From the human T2T-CHM13v2.0 reference genome, Homo sapiens, in the NCBI RefSeq assembly GCF_009914755.1, contig NC_060934.1: a stretch of DNA of 64,000 nucleotides. The stretch is one strand, 5' to 3'. Both the position numbers and the translations under genes were made by a program. The notes beneath the pieces are model-generated. The model saw only the letters and a list, made by a program, of their open reading frames with translations, made no database searches and was not told the origin of the DNA. Of the stretch, positions 15,026-27,900 are shown piece after piece. How positions within the stretch are numbered: the stretch's first letter is position 1; every line of letters starts with the position of its first letter.

Positions 15026-16849
15026 CACCCATGGTCACTTTCTAGCCTTTTTTTCTGTTTATTTTTCTTCACATCACTTGTCACCATGTGATATGTTTTT
15101 TTGTTGTTGTTCATTGTATCTCTATTTCTAGTGGAATAAAAACTCTATGAGAGCAGAGACTTTAGGAGTTAAGTAAATACCTTAACTGTGTCCACCTTGC
15201 TCTAAAGGAATTAAATAAATCATAGTAAGTTTGAACTTTGCATTTTAAGGATTTACTATCTAAGACACACTATGGCAAAATATATGTGTAAAATGAACAT
15301 TAATCCATAAAAGGAAATGGACATTGAAGTCTTCTCATCACAAGGCAAGTCCAGAAAACAATAATGATTTCTGAACAAATATATCCCAGTGAACAATATT
15401 TTCAAAGTAGAAGCGATAAATACAGTCTACTTCTTATACTAATGATTATAGTCTGTGCCCCATTTTTCTGAAAGTGTTCTTAAATAGGCCCTGGACAGTT
15501 ATTTAGAAGCCAAATTATTATAAAGTTGTTTAATAGTCATGAAATGGAACCCAAGGATGTAGACACTATTTAAATGCCATTAAAAATGGCATGAAGCTTT
15601 TAGCCTGATGTGTCTACCTTCACTCTAGAGGACCCTGCAACTGAGAGACAGGCCAGGGCAGCCTTCTCCCTGGACTATGTCGGGTTAGGCCGGGATCTGC
15701 CAACTTCAGCTTCTGAGTTTCCCTTTTCTTGCCTTTGGTTCCTGCGGGCCTGCTCTCCTGGGTATAAGCATCGTCTATGGATAGGGTACGGCTCATATAC
15801 ATGTCTGCTGATGATCTTCAAATGAAGATGCCACCCAGAATCACATAAAATGTATTTATCACTTTGTAGTAGTTCTTTATCATCATGTATCTTTTTGGAC
15901 AAAGGATTCAAAGTAAAAGGGGTGAAGTTTTAAAAATATTTACGTTTTACTATTAAGAGATTGATCTCCAGTCTCAGAAAAGTGGACAGTCTCACTGTCC
16001 TAGGGTTACCATCCACCTCTTTTGTGATAATCCACCAAAGAGGTTAAAATACAATTGATTAGGTTTCCTCTAATCACATTTCAGCCCCCATATCACCTCA
16101 ATTGACGTCGGAGTGTTCTCACAGTTTTGCAGTTTCCTGATTTACGAGCACAGATGGTTAATTACATCCACCATGGGTTTGACAAGCAAGGTTACTAGAA
16201 GTAATCTTAAATGTCTTCATTCAAAGCTCTTGGGAATCCCTACAGCAACGAAAATAAGGAGGGGGAAGAGATTAATTAGGTTTCTAGAAGAAAGGTGGAG
16301 TTTGAGGTGGAACTTAAAAAAAGAGCATAATTTCACAGGAAAAAAAAAACGCTTCAGGGGCTGCAGAAACAGCTAAAGCACATTTGGAGGGCCTGATGAT
16401 CCACGGAGCAGCCCCTGGGATGGAAGCGGTTGGTGCAACGTGAAGTAAGGTAAACCGAATCCATGCCGTGAAGACTTTTAAACGCCAAACTGAGGCGTCG
16501 GAACTTTGCTCCGCGGGCATCGAGGAGCCATCGAAGGTTCTCAGCAGGTGAGTGGCCTAACTGGATTGGTCACTGCAGTGATCCACCTTACAATTTCTCC
16601 GGCGCTCTCTGCCGACCTCAGCCGGCGATCAGGCCGGCTTCGCAGTAGGTGGCGGCTGAGCGCCCCGGCAACCGAAGCGCCAGGCCAGCCCAGGCCACGC
16701 CGCGCCGTGCGGGATGCTGACCGTACCCAGGCGGGAGCCGCCGCGCCGCCGCCTGGCGCTGCACCTGGGCCCGGCCCGGCCGCCAATTGGACGGCTCGGG
16801 GCGACCCCGCTGTATCGCGAGACGAGATTGGCAGCGGCGGGGCCTCAAG

Positions 16850-17031
16850 TGCCCCCGCGCTGGCTTTGTATGCGGAGCCGCCTGCCGGTCCTTTAACAAT
16901 GGGCGGCGCGAGCGTCCAGGCGCTGGGCTCTAGCTGAGGCCGGCGCTTAGCGGCCCACTGTCCGCAGCATGAGCGGGGCCGGCGTCCGCCGCACGACGGC
17001 GGGGCTGGGGCTGTGAGGGCCGCGGTTCCGG
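16850..17031 (+). other. CCNJ: CCNJ non-coding exon 1 (5' boundary approximate)
   Basis: Donor CGG|GTAAGG at 17031/17032 downstream of the CCAAT boxes; next acceptor TCTTACAG at 17664. Confidence 0.7.
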
Positions 17032-17705
17032 GTAAGGGAGCCAGCGTGGGGCCGGGCGGCCCGGCAGGCCTGGGGTAGGCGTGGGGCAGCGGACCCTCCC
17101 GGGGTGAGGCGCAGAGCCTGGCTGGCCCGGCCTTTTGTTCCCCTTTCTGAGGCCGCGCGGAACGTGCGTTTCTCGGGGCTCCCGGGGAGGAGCAGGCTCC
17201 CGACGTCCATGCGGAGACCCGCGGCCAGGCAGACGCTCACCCCCGGGCTTTGCCATGGGAGCGTTTCCCCTCAGCGGGGCTATGAGCGTGTCACCTCTCC
17301 CCGCTCCTCAGGGAGGGCGGGAGAACTCCAGCCCCGGACGCAGGGAGCCCCAGCCGGGCCTCCCCCAGCTCTTCCCGAGCTCGCACCTGGCTCCGCGCTT
17401 TGGCAACTCAGGGCCCGAGTGGATCCCCTTTTGCCCGACACATAGTCGAGCAGTGAGTCTCAGAGTCCTTCGGCTCTTCCTGCGGGGGCAGACCCGGCTT
17501 CGCGTGTGGCGTTGGGGGAAACGACTCGGGTCGGGCTGGGTTGAGGAAGAGTCAAGTGAAGATGAGCAGCCACACCGGGTGGCCTGAGGTCACACCCCCC
17601 GGGGAGGGGGCGCAGAGGGTCGCGGGGGAGCCGGCAGTGACCGCGCCTGGGGTGTGTCTTACAGACTCGAGTTGCCGCGTCGGGCTGGGCGCGCCGCCGG
17701 GTCCC

Positions 17706-17774
17706 ATGGAGCTGGAGGGGCAGTGGTGGCGAGGACAGCTGGCCGCCGATATTCACCAAGCGCTTCGCTACAAG
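17706..17774 (+). CDS. CCNJ: Cyclin J coding exon 1 (exon 2; the exon begins at 17665)
   Basis: CCCATGG start; [23 protein letters not shown]; donor AAG|GTAACT. Confidence 0.95.
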
Positions 17775-19147
17775 GTAACTCCGAGGCCCGGCCTGCCTTC
17801 TCCTTCTGTGTGTCGCGCCAGTTGTTCTGAATCTCGGCTCTCTAGAAGGTCTAGTCAGGTTCTTTACTCACTATCTTCCGGGCCAGAAAAGGCGAGTTTG
17901 CTCATTTGCTCAAGGTTAATTAACTTCTTGGCTCCTTCTCTGGGATGTATCAAAAGAACCTGCAACCTGAATGAGTAGGGAGATGGTAGTTGGGCCAGGG
18001 AAGGTGGAAAGGGGCGTTCTGGCTTCCAGGTGGGTCATGAATTTGATCTTGTATTTTAAAAGATATATACACTGAATTTTTGTTGGGCAGAACAGCCCTC
18101 TTTGTTCGAGAGTTGCCGTTGCATGCAGCCAGTTTAAGTCGCTTTTGTACATAAATTCCTCAGCCTTTCCGCTAACTTGCCGTGAGACGTGGACAAGTGA
18201 AATTTCTGTTTCTTGATTTCCTCATCTGTAAAATGAGGAATAATGAGTGTGCCTTATGATTCTGGCGATTGTGAAACTTAAGTTAGTACCGTACATGTGC
18301 TTAGAAACTGCTCTTGGTATATAGTAAGCACTAAGTGATAACTTCTTATCACTTACCCCTCAGGATTTGGGCTGTTCAAAAGCCCTAAAGTGGAGGGAGT
18401 TGGCTGCCCCTTCCTGCTGATATCAAAGGCAGAAAGTAGACTTAATAGATATTGGAAAAAAATACTTTTCCAACACAAAGCAAAGTCTGTGTATTGTTGC
18501 TATTAAGTAACGGTTTTACTCTGCATGTGGCAAGGCAGATTAATGAGACATTTCTGCCTCTTCGATAACCAAAAGAGAGACCAGATCCAAAATGATCTCT
18601 AGCTTAACTCAGTTTCACCTTGGATAAAGAAAGCCATTTGTTAAATGTAGAAAATTGAGAAAGAAGCAAAACAGCTGACTTTCAATAAAAAGGATTCTGA
18701 CTCTTGGGGTTGAGATCCTGGAATGATAATGAACTTTTATCTTGAGTTTCTGACCAGGTCAAGTAGATTGGAAAACCTAATTCTGACTTAAATTGTTACC
18801 CTTTTCTAGGCCTGAGATTTCTAAATGCTACTTAACTAATTCTGACATTCAGTCTCTTAGATTCACTAAAATACAGTTCAGCCCCCTAGGAGATGGTTTA
18901 TACCACATAAAAATTCTAACTAATGGGATCTCTGGAGTGTTAGTTAGGAAAGAGTTGCAGTTTCTTGGAAAATTGTCCAGATACACTTTTGATCTTTTTT
19001 TTTTTGGCAGATGTCATCTTTCAATGTGAAATGTTTTCTTTTTTAAAAAAATTAATATAGTTGCACATATTTTGAAAAGTGTTTTAAGTGTCAGCCTTTT
19101 TATCCCTCTGGTATGTAGTGAAATTAATTAGTTGATATTAAGAGTAC

Positions 19148-19245
19148 TTTTTTTTTGAGTTGGAGTTTCACCTGACCTCAGGTGATCCACCTGCCTCGGC
19201 CTCCTAAAGTGCTGGGATTACAGGCATGAGCCACTGCGCCCAGCC
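19148..19245 (-). mobile_element. Internally deleted Alu
   Basis: Alu 5' end joined to its 3' end and tail, flanked by TSD AAGAGTA. Confidence 0.85.
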
Positions 19246-20653
19246 AAGAGTATATTTTTTAATTGGCATGAAACTTAAAAGGTTTTTCTTGGTGATTTCC
19301 ATACTTTTCAATCATTTTATGTGTAGATCATTTTAATTCGTGAGTGATTATCTGCATTTTGTCAATTGAGTTTGGACATGGGTTCTTTGTTTTTTTGTTT
19401 TTTCTCCTAGATTTAGATTTGTTGAAGGCTTTTGTGGATTAGTTTCTGGAGCATCCAAGGCGTAAGACCCAACCTTATACTCACTCAAGTTGCTTATGAA
19501 CTATCAGAGGACAAGGTAGCACAGGGTGTGAAGGAATGCCACTGAAAGTTTTATTGGGCCACCTATGGCCTACTGCCCTGGGTTGTCTTTATGTTTAAGC
19601 ATTATGCAAACCATGGTTCTTACTGGCAACACTTTATACAAGAATTTACATTAATCTGTAAAACTTAAACTTGTGGAACTGGAGAGACCACTGTTTGTAA
19701 TACACTGAAGGAAACTTAAAATGGACTTTTCTCCTAGAAAAGACGTGGTAATTCCAGGCTATTAATTGGTGATTCAGTCGGATAGTCATCTGTTTTTCTT
19801 CAACATGTTGATCATTTATGACATACATGATATCATGCCAGGTGTTAGAGCAATAACAGTGAACGAGACATGATCCTTGCCTTCATAGTCTAACCTTATC
19901 TATAATTTAGAGCATCCACATTTAGGTCTTCCTTTGGGCAGTTGCCATTGAGATACTGCAGAAGGTATTCTATGTTTAGGCCCTAGGTTTGTGGAGAAAT
20001 ATTTGGTGTGACTAGCATTGTGTTTACTAGGGAAGAGTGAAAATGACAATGAATGGAAATCATGCCAACTATCCACTCCCTCAAAAAACCCCTACAAAGC
20101 AGCTGTCACCTTACACCCTTTTGTCTCCTTTCTTCTCATTATTTTGCTGTGTATAGTTAGTGTCATAGGCTGTTTGGGAAAGTGTTTTTAGGAGCCTTAA
20201 TGACAAATGGGAACAATTCTAGCTTTGTGAGAAACATTAAGAAAGTGAAGTCCATCAGTGTTTTCCAGGTGTTTCCAGGGAGTCTTTAAGACCATGTTCA
20301 GGCCACTTTTTGGGAAAACCTGCTCTGGTTTTGCCTTTTTTCCCCAACTCCCTAATCCCTGAGCTAAGTTAGATTTTCTTCCTAGGTGTTGCCATAATAA
20401 CCTGTGGTGACTATATTGTGTGATAAGCTCTGTATTTGATTCACCTGCTAGAGATAGGCTTGAGACTGTTTTTCCAGCTTTTATGCCTGGGTTAGTATAG
20501 TGTCTGCTGCATGGGAGATGCTCAATAAATGTCACATGGTGGCAGCAAAGGTAAAGTTGCAACTCACTTACACCATTGTAAAGATCCAAAGAAACAGTTA
20601 AGGAGAAAAGAAAAATCCTAGGAACTACATGAGAAATCGGCATCTTCCCTTTA

Positions 20654-20957
<304 letters not shown>

Positions 20958-21087
20958 TTGATGTATTCTTTGGCTACACTACTAAATTACATTGACTATT
21001 TTATCCATTTATCTTAGGTAATATTAAGTTAGGTGAATATATAACTTCCCTTTTTTGTTTATCGTAAAATGTATCAACATAAAACTT

Positions 21088-21761
21088 TTTTTCCCCAACT
21101 TTTAAGTTCAGGGGTACGTGTGCAGGATGTGCAGGTTTGTTACATAGGTAAACGTTTGCCATGGTGGCTTACTGCACAGATCATCCCATCACCTAGGTAT
21201 TAATCCCAGCATCCACTAGCTATTCTTCCTGATCCTCTTCCTCCTCCCACCCCCACCCTCCGACAGGCCCCAGTGTGTGTTGTTCCCCCCAACATGTGTC
21301 CATGTGTTCTCATCATTTAGCTCCCACTTATAAGTGAGAACATGTGGTATTTGGTTTTCTTTTCCTGCATTAGTTTGCTAAGGATAATGGCCTCCAGCTC
21401 CATCCATCTCTCTGCAAAGGACGTGATCTTGTTCCTTTTCATGGCTGCACAGTATTCCATGGTCTGTATGTACCACATTTTATCCAGTCTATCATTGATG
21501 GGCATTTAGGTTGATTCCATGTCTTTGCTCTTGTGAATAGTGCTTCAGTGAACATACACATGCATGTGTCTTTATAGTAGAATGATTTATATTCCTTTGG
21601 TTATATACCCAGTAATGAGATTGCTAGGTAAAAGGGTATTTCTGCCTCTAGGTCTTTGAGGACTCACCACACTGTCTTCCACAATGGTTGAACTAATTTA
21701 CACTCCCACCAACAGTGTAAAAGCGTTCCTTTTTCTCCACAACCTTGCCAGCAGCTGTCAT
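21088..21761 (-). mobile_element. 5'-truncated L1PA inserted in an older L1MB
   Basis: L1PA 3' UTR in antisense; 12-bp TSD AACATAAAACTT at 21076-21087 and 21762-21773. Confidence 0.88.
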
Positions 21762-21773
21762 AACATAAAACTT

Positions 21774-22790
21774 ACCATTCTAACCATTTTTAACTGTACA
21801 GTTCAGTGACATTAGGTACATTTGCATTGTTGTCACCACTATCTATCTTTAGAACTTTTTCATCTTCCCAAACTGAAACTCCATACCCATTGAACGATTA
21901 CTCCCCAATTTCCCACCCTCTAGCTTCTGATAACCACTATTCTACTTTGTCCCTGTAAATAGGACTATTCTAGGTAACTCATTAAGTGGAATCATACAAT
22001 AAATGTTCTTTCATGACTTTTTTCATTTAGCATACTGTCTCCAAGGTTCAACCATGTAGTATATTATAAGAATTTTCTAAGGCTGAATAATACTCCATGT
22101 ATATACCACATTTTGTTTATCCATTCATCTGCTGGTGGGCATTTGCATTGTTTCCACCTTTTGGTTATTGTGAGTAATCCTGTTTTGAACATGTGTGTAC
22201 AAATCTCTCTTCAAGTCCCTGCTTTCAGTTCTTTTGAGTATGTACCTAAACGTGGAATTGCTGGATCATGTGGTAACTCTGTTTAATTTATTGAGGGATT
22301 GCCATACTGTTATCTGTAACAACTACATCATTTTACATTCCCACCAGGAATGCACAAGGATTCCAGTTTCTCCACATTCAAGCTAACACTTACGATTATC
22401 TGGTTTTGTTTTGTTTTGTTTTGTTTTTTGATAATAGCAATCCAACTAGGTGTGAAGTGCTGTTAGTGGTTTTGATTTGCATTTCCTAATAATTAGTGAT
22501 GCTGAACAAACATCTTTTTCATGTTTTATGATATTTTTTGGGCATTTGTGTGTATCTTCTTTGGAGAAATGTCTATTCAAATCCTTTGCCCATTTTTATA
22601 ATTAGGTTTTTTGGTTGTTATCCAGTTGTATAAGTTATTTATATAATCTAGCTATTTACCCCTTATCAGATATGATTATAAATACTTTCATCCATTCTGC
22701 GGGTTGCCCTTTTACTCTGTTGATAGCATCTTTTGTTAAACAAAAGTTTTTAATTTTGTTAAAGTCCCATTTCTCTTTTTTCTTTTTCTT
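21774..22790 (-). mobile_element. L1MB-type 3' fragment
   Basis: CATCTTCCCAAACTGAAACTCCATACCCATT, GGAGAAATGTCTATTCAAATCCTTTGCCCATTTTT motifs. Confidence 0.8.
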
Positions 22791-23563
22791 TTTTTTTTTT
22801 TTTTTTTGCAGGGTAGGGGAAGTTCTGCTTTTGGTATCGTATCCCTGTTACTACTTCTATTGTGATACCTGTTGGGTTTAGTATCAGTATTATGCTGATC
22901 TTATAAAATGAATTTGGAAGCTTTCCATCTTTCTCTATGCTCTGGAAATATTTTAATAGTATAGAATTTTTCCAGTTTTTAAAAAACAAGTTGATATAAT
23001 ATAGTCCTGAGATTGAAGTGATTTTAGGTGTATGAGAGGATGATGGGAAAGGGCAGATCATAAAACTGTTAAAAGGGAAACAAAATTAGAAGATACTAGA
23101 GGAAAGGTACTGCTTTCTACACTGTTGCAAGTATAATACTGTATGCAGCATATCCACTTATCTATTACCTTCTAACCAAAAGTTCTGAGCATCTTGGAGA
23201 GGTGTAGGGGCGTGTGTGTGGTATGTGGTTGGTTTGTCAGGGATGTTTTTCTGAAAACACCTGGTAGGGAAAACAGGATTCTCTTATTAAAAATCTTTGT
23301 AGGATGTATCCATTCTAGAAAGCAAGAAACAAGAACATCTATAATTGTTCACATCAGAAGTGGTTAAGAGTAAGGAGAAAAATTTGGTTTTAAATGTCAT
23401 TCATTATCCCTCCACTTAACTTTTTCATTTTTGTATTCCAGTCAAGAAAAGTATGTTTTAGGCACTTGTAATACTAATATATTGGAAAAACAATGTTAAG
23501 TCATTGCCTTGTGGGGATACGCCTACAGATAGGTCAGACTAAATGTTGTTCCTTTTGACTTAG

Positions 23564-23774
23564 GAGCTGAAGTTGCCCTCCTATAAAGGCCAGTCCCCTC
23601 AGTTAAGTCTCAGACGGTATTTTGCTGACTTGATTGCCATTGTGAGCAATCGCTTCACACTCTGCCCTTCTGCCCGCCATCTTGCTGTCTATTTACTGGA
23701 CCTGTTTATGGACCGCTATGACATCTCTATCCAGCAGCTGCATTTAGTTGCGCTTTCCTGCCTGCTTCTAGCAA
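23564..23774 (+). CDS. CCNJ: Cyclin J exon 3 (N-terminal cyclin box)
   Basis: Acceptor TTTTGACTTAG|G; [24 protein letters not shown]...[14 protein letters not shown]...[13 protein letters not shown]; donor GCAA|GTAAGT. Confidence 0.96.
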
Positions 23775-24118
23775 GTAAGTATGAATCTGATTTACATGAC
23801 TGGAAATTTCTGATGTTTATATAATAAAATAAATTTATGTAGAACTCAGTGAAATATCATCAAATCCCATTCATTCCAGTTCACTAGTATCAAGAAGCTT
23901 ATGTTAAAAGTGCTTCTCAGTGTAATAATTCTTAACCAGACATTGAAAAATGGCTTTGGAGCCTGTTAAAAACATGTGCCTAAGCCGTACATTCTCGGCC
24001 ACTCCAGATCTACTAAGACAAAATCTACATAATGGGTACTGGGTATTTTTTAACTTTTTGAAAAAGTTCCAAAGGTGATTTTGATTTACCTTTCCAATTG
24101 AGAACCATTGTCTTAAAG

Positions 24119-24339
24119 CAGTGGTTCTAAACCAGGAGCAGTTTTGTCCCACAGGGAACACTTGGCAACGTGTACAGACGTTTTGGTTGTCACATCTGGT
24201 GATAAAGTGGGAGATGCTTTTTTAGCATCTAGTACATAGAGGCCTGGGATGCTGCTAAACATCCGGTAGTGTACAGGACAGTTTCCCATAACAAAATTCT
24301 CTGTCCCAAAACATCAATGGAGCTAAAGTTGAGAAACTG
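24119..24339. mobile_element. MER20 hAT element (preceded by a MER5-like element at ~23926-24110)
   Basis: CAGTGGTTCT...GGGATGCTGCTAAACATCC...TTGAGAAACTG; 8-bp TSD TCTTAAAG/TCTTAAAA. Confidence 0.8.
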
Positions 24340-24661
24340 TCTTAAAAGTACCATATTCTTATATTAGAATACTTTCTACTGACTAAATAATGAGTTGGCT
24401 TAATGAACTAAAAGTTAATGTGCAACTACTATAAATGTGAAAACTTTTGCTTATGCATTAGACCAACTGTGTAGTAGGCTCCAAGATACAATCTGATACA
24501 ACCATATTTGTTACTTAGTACAGAATATACTGGTGGATCTTTTGGCCCCTCTTTCTCTTTACATCTTCCTATACCTCATTTCATTGCTCGTTGGTACTCT
24601 CACTGAAGATAGGGCACGTAAAGGAATTGAAATTGTGTTTTTTTTTCTTTTAATAATGTGG

Positions 24662-24910
24662 AAGATTGTATTTGATATGGAAGTTGAATCAGTAATATAG
24701 TTTCTATATTCATGTTATTACAATGAAATTTATAGTATGTAGATGTATTGATAACCTTCACTTTTAACTCTCACTTGAGGGATAAAGATTGTATTTGATA
24801 TTGAAGTTAAATCAGTAATGTAGTTTCTGTATTATCCATGTCATTATAATAGAATCTTAAAGGAGTATGTAGATATACTGATAACCTTCACCTCTAACTC
24901 TCCCTTGAGG
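24662..24910. repeat. Diverged tandem duplication, two ~123-bp units
   Basis: Both units (24662-24780, 24785-24910) begin AAGATTGTATTTGATAT and end TAACTCTC(A/C)CTTGAGG. Confidence 0.9.
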
Positions 24911-27900
24911 TTTTGGGGTCAAATATGGCTGGGATGAAATAAGGAACATTCCCCCTATATCCATGCCACCAGAGTTCTTTAGCACTTCTGTGCCTGGCTG
25001 CTTATAAATCTAAAACCAAATGTAGTCCTATGTAGTATCATTTCTGGTACTAATCTCTTCTCAGATTTTATTTTCTGACCTTTATTCTTCCTTTGATCTG
25101 ATGACCTCAACTACTTATTTTGTCCCCAGAATGTCCCTTTGTAAGTTATTTCAGATCCATTGTAGAACCAGGCTGAATGTAAATAAAACACAGCTGCAGC
25201 ATGACTTCCCACTGCCTATATATTAAGGTGGAAACTGCTTAATGTAGTGTTTAGAATCTTTCATCTGGACCCAGCCACCTTTCCAGTCTCATCCCCATGT
25301 ACGTTGAGCAAAATTCTTAGAATACCATTTACTTCCTGAATATCTACATTTCCCCTTAATCTACTGTTCTCTAAAATTCAGACACTTCACTCATCCCTCA
25401 TCCCCCTAACCCAGGAGCCAGAGAGGTAATGCTTGTACATTTATAATTAACCTTTAATTTAGCCTCTAATTAAAGTTTCATGCTCATAAGTAATCATGTG
25501 TGTAATACTGTATGTGTTTAATCACTGGCTGTGAAGCCCTTTGGGGTTTAATAGTTTGTATAAGATTGGAAAAGCTCACACGTGACAGTTTAGATGTGTG
25601 AGTCCACAAATAAAATGGATTTTTGTTATTGTACAGAATGTTTATTATAGAATCAGTTTACAGTAGAGTGTCACTGGAAATCAGACATGCAAGTTAGATT
25701 ATTTTAAAAACTTGGTATCATTAATGGAAAGTAACTGTGTGGCTATCACTGTCATTTTAACACTAGCACCTGCTCTATGCCTGTGATTTTTAAAGTGTAG
25801 CGTGGGCCAAGTGGGAAGGCCATCTTTGTGTACCATCTTAGGTTGGTTGGAATGGAGTTTTCAATTGTTCTTATTTTTAAATTGTGTATTTCTGTTAGTT
25901 TAAGGTCATGAACAATTTATTTTATTGAACTATTTGGATTAATATCAGTGGTAAGATGTAGTTATTTGTGACTCTTTCCAGTAATTAGACATTAGGATCT
26001 GTATTTGCTGGGGTTCAAATATGAATTATCACCTATTACTGAAAGAACTGGATACCTCCCTCCTTTTTCTGCTGATGCCTCCTGATTTCCCTTTCCTTGA
26101 GGGAAGAATTGCTTTTACATTCTTCCTTTTGCATTGGAGAGTAGGAATGTATGTGAGGTATTCTTCAGGATTTCTGCTCCTCCCAAGTAGCAAGTTGTTC
26201 AAAAGAGTTTGAGCTATCAGCTCTACACCAGGGTCAGGAATTGAAGAGGTTAGCCCTTAGTAGGCAGCAGTCTCTCTACCCTTGCCCCCCAACCCTAGTC
26301 TGTAACTTTACAGCAGAAGAGCTTAGGATTCTTATAAACTGATAAACTCTTTTCAGTGTCTGATTCCTGTTTTAAATTTGTGGAGTTCATTGTAATGGGA
26401 AGCCGTAGGTGGTTTGGCCAAAGATGGAGCATACCTTGTAAGTTCTAGAAGCAAATGCTTATGTCTACACTATTAGAAGAAGAAAGGGCCTACAGATTAT
26501 CTCTGATTGGAGAGCTATGTGTAGTGTTTTGGAGCAATGACCATAGTGATGGATTCCCTGGGTTGGAGTCTCATCAGCAATATGAATTTCAACAACCCCT
26601 GAATCTCAGGTTATTTCTTTATAAGATGGAAATAAAGATACCTTACAAAGTTGTTCTGGGATCAAGTGGGGGTAATATGTTTAAAAGCATGTAGGAAATG
26701 GAAACATTAAAAGATTAGCATGGTAATTATTAATTCCTCCATAAGTTGCTCTGTTACCTTTAGCCTGCCTCCTTTACCCTAAAGGTTTTGACCTATTTCA
26801 AACTGGACCCTAATTTGTCCAGGGAAGTTCTCCTATTCCAACTCTTTCACATGTATGCCCTGGCTTCCCTTGGCTTCTGTGACCAACATTACATTTATGG
26901 AGCATGTGGAAGTAATCTTGGAGATAAGATTTCTCATAATTTGCTCAAGATCTTACATAACTAAGAAATGATCTTGGAGTCAAGACAAAGTGAAAAGTGA
27001 GACAGAGGCTTTTAGTAGTAACAATTTGTAACAAGTGCTTGTTTCCCCTTGCCAACCAACACTGGGTTAGCAAAGCTTTTTACTGATGTGTGAAAATTTA
27101 TATCTCACAGTTGGTTTAATTTACATCTCAATTTTTAATGAGCTCAGAATTTTTTTCTATGAATTACCTTTTTCTTTTGTTTGCCCATTTTTATATTAGA
27201 TTCATTTTATAAATTTGTGATAATTCTTAGTGTATGTTAGGGATGACTTTTTTCCCCCTACTTAGTAATAAAAAAATAGAATGTGGGTTGGCAGAGCACT
27301 CGGTGACATCTGATCCGTGCCCTATTCAGTATATAAATCTTCTCTACCACATACCTACTATTCACTGCTGGCTTTGAAAATGTGTTGGTTTCCATGGCTG
27401 ATATGAACATATCCTACAAAGGAAAGACAACCCAGTGTTTTTGTTTCTGTGGCCTCTAATTCTTTATTTTCTGGGAAGCAGATATGAATTTCCTGTGCCC
27501 TTATTTCCTATTTGGGGCCTTTATCAATATAATCACATGGCTTCTGTTATTTCCTTTCAATTGAAGAAACTGATCTTTGTGAACTGTGTGTGGTAATGTG
27601 GATAAGTAAACTTAAAATGAACATAGGCATAGCAGTGAGCACAACAAAAACTATAGATAGGAATGCAGGTACTCAATTGACATTATCACACTTTTTGAAA
27701 TCTTTTAATATCCATGTATCTGAATATTTATTACTATACATAATGGAAAAGTTCCAAAAAATTTGAACCCTGAATTAAAACCCCAAGTATGGTTATTTAT
27801 TCAGAATCAGATTATTCTTAACTTTGCAAGATCAATATGCAAAGTCTTTCACACTTGTAGCCAAATATTTTATAAATATAAACATCCCATAGATGCTTAA

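Larger units (their letters stand above)
16480..17830 (+). promoter_or_regulatory. CCNJ: CCNJ CpG-island promoter
   Basis: Very high GC and CpG density; CCAATTGG 16783-16790, ATTGG 16827-16831, TATCGCGAGA (BANP-type motif) 16813-16822; no TATA box. Confidence 0.9.

Noticed and set aside
16506-17978. Many overlapping 80-150 aa ORFs on both strands in the CCNJ CpG island
   Set aside because: GC-rich DNA is depleted of stop codons and the products are low-complexity Pro/Arg/Gly/Ala; only 17706-17774 fits the spliced CCNJ frame
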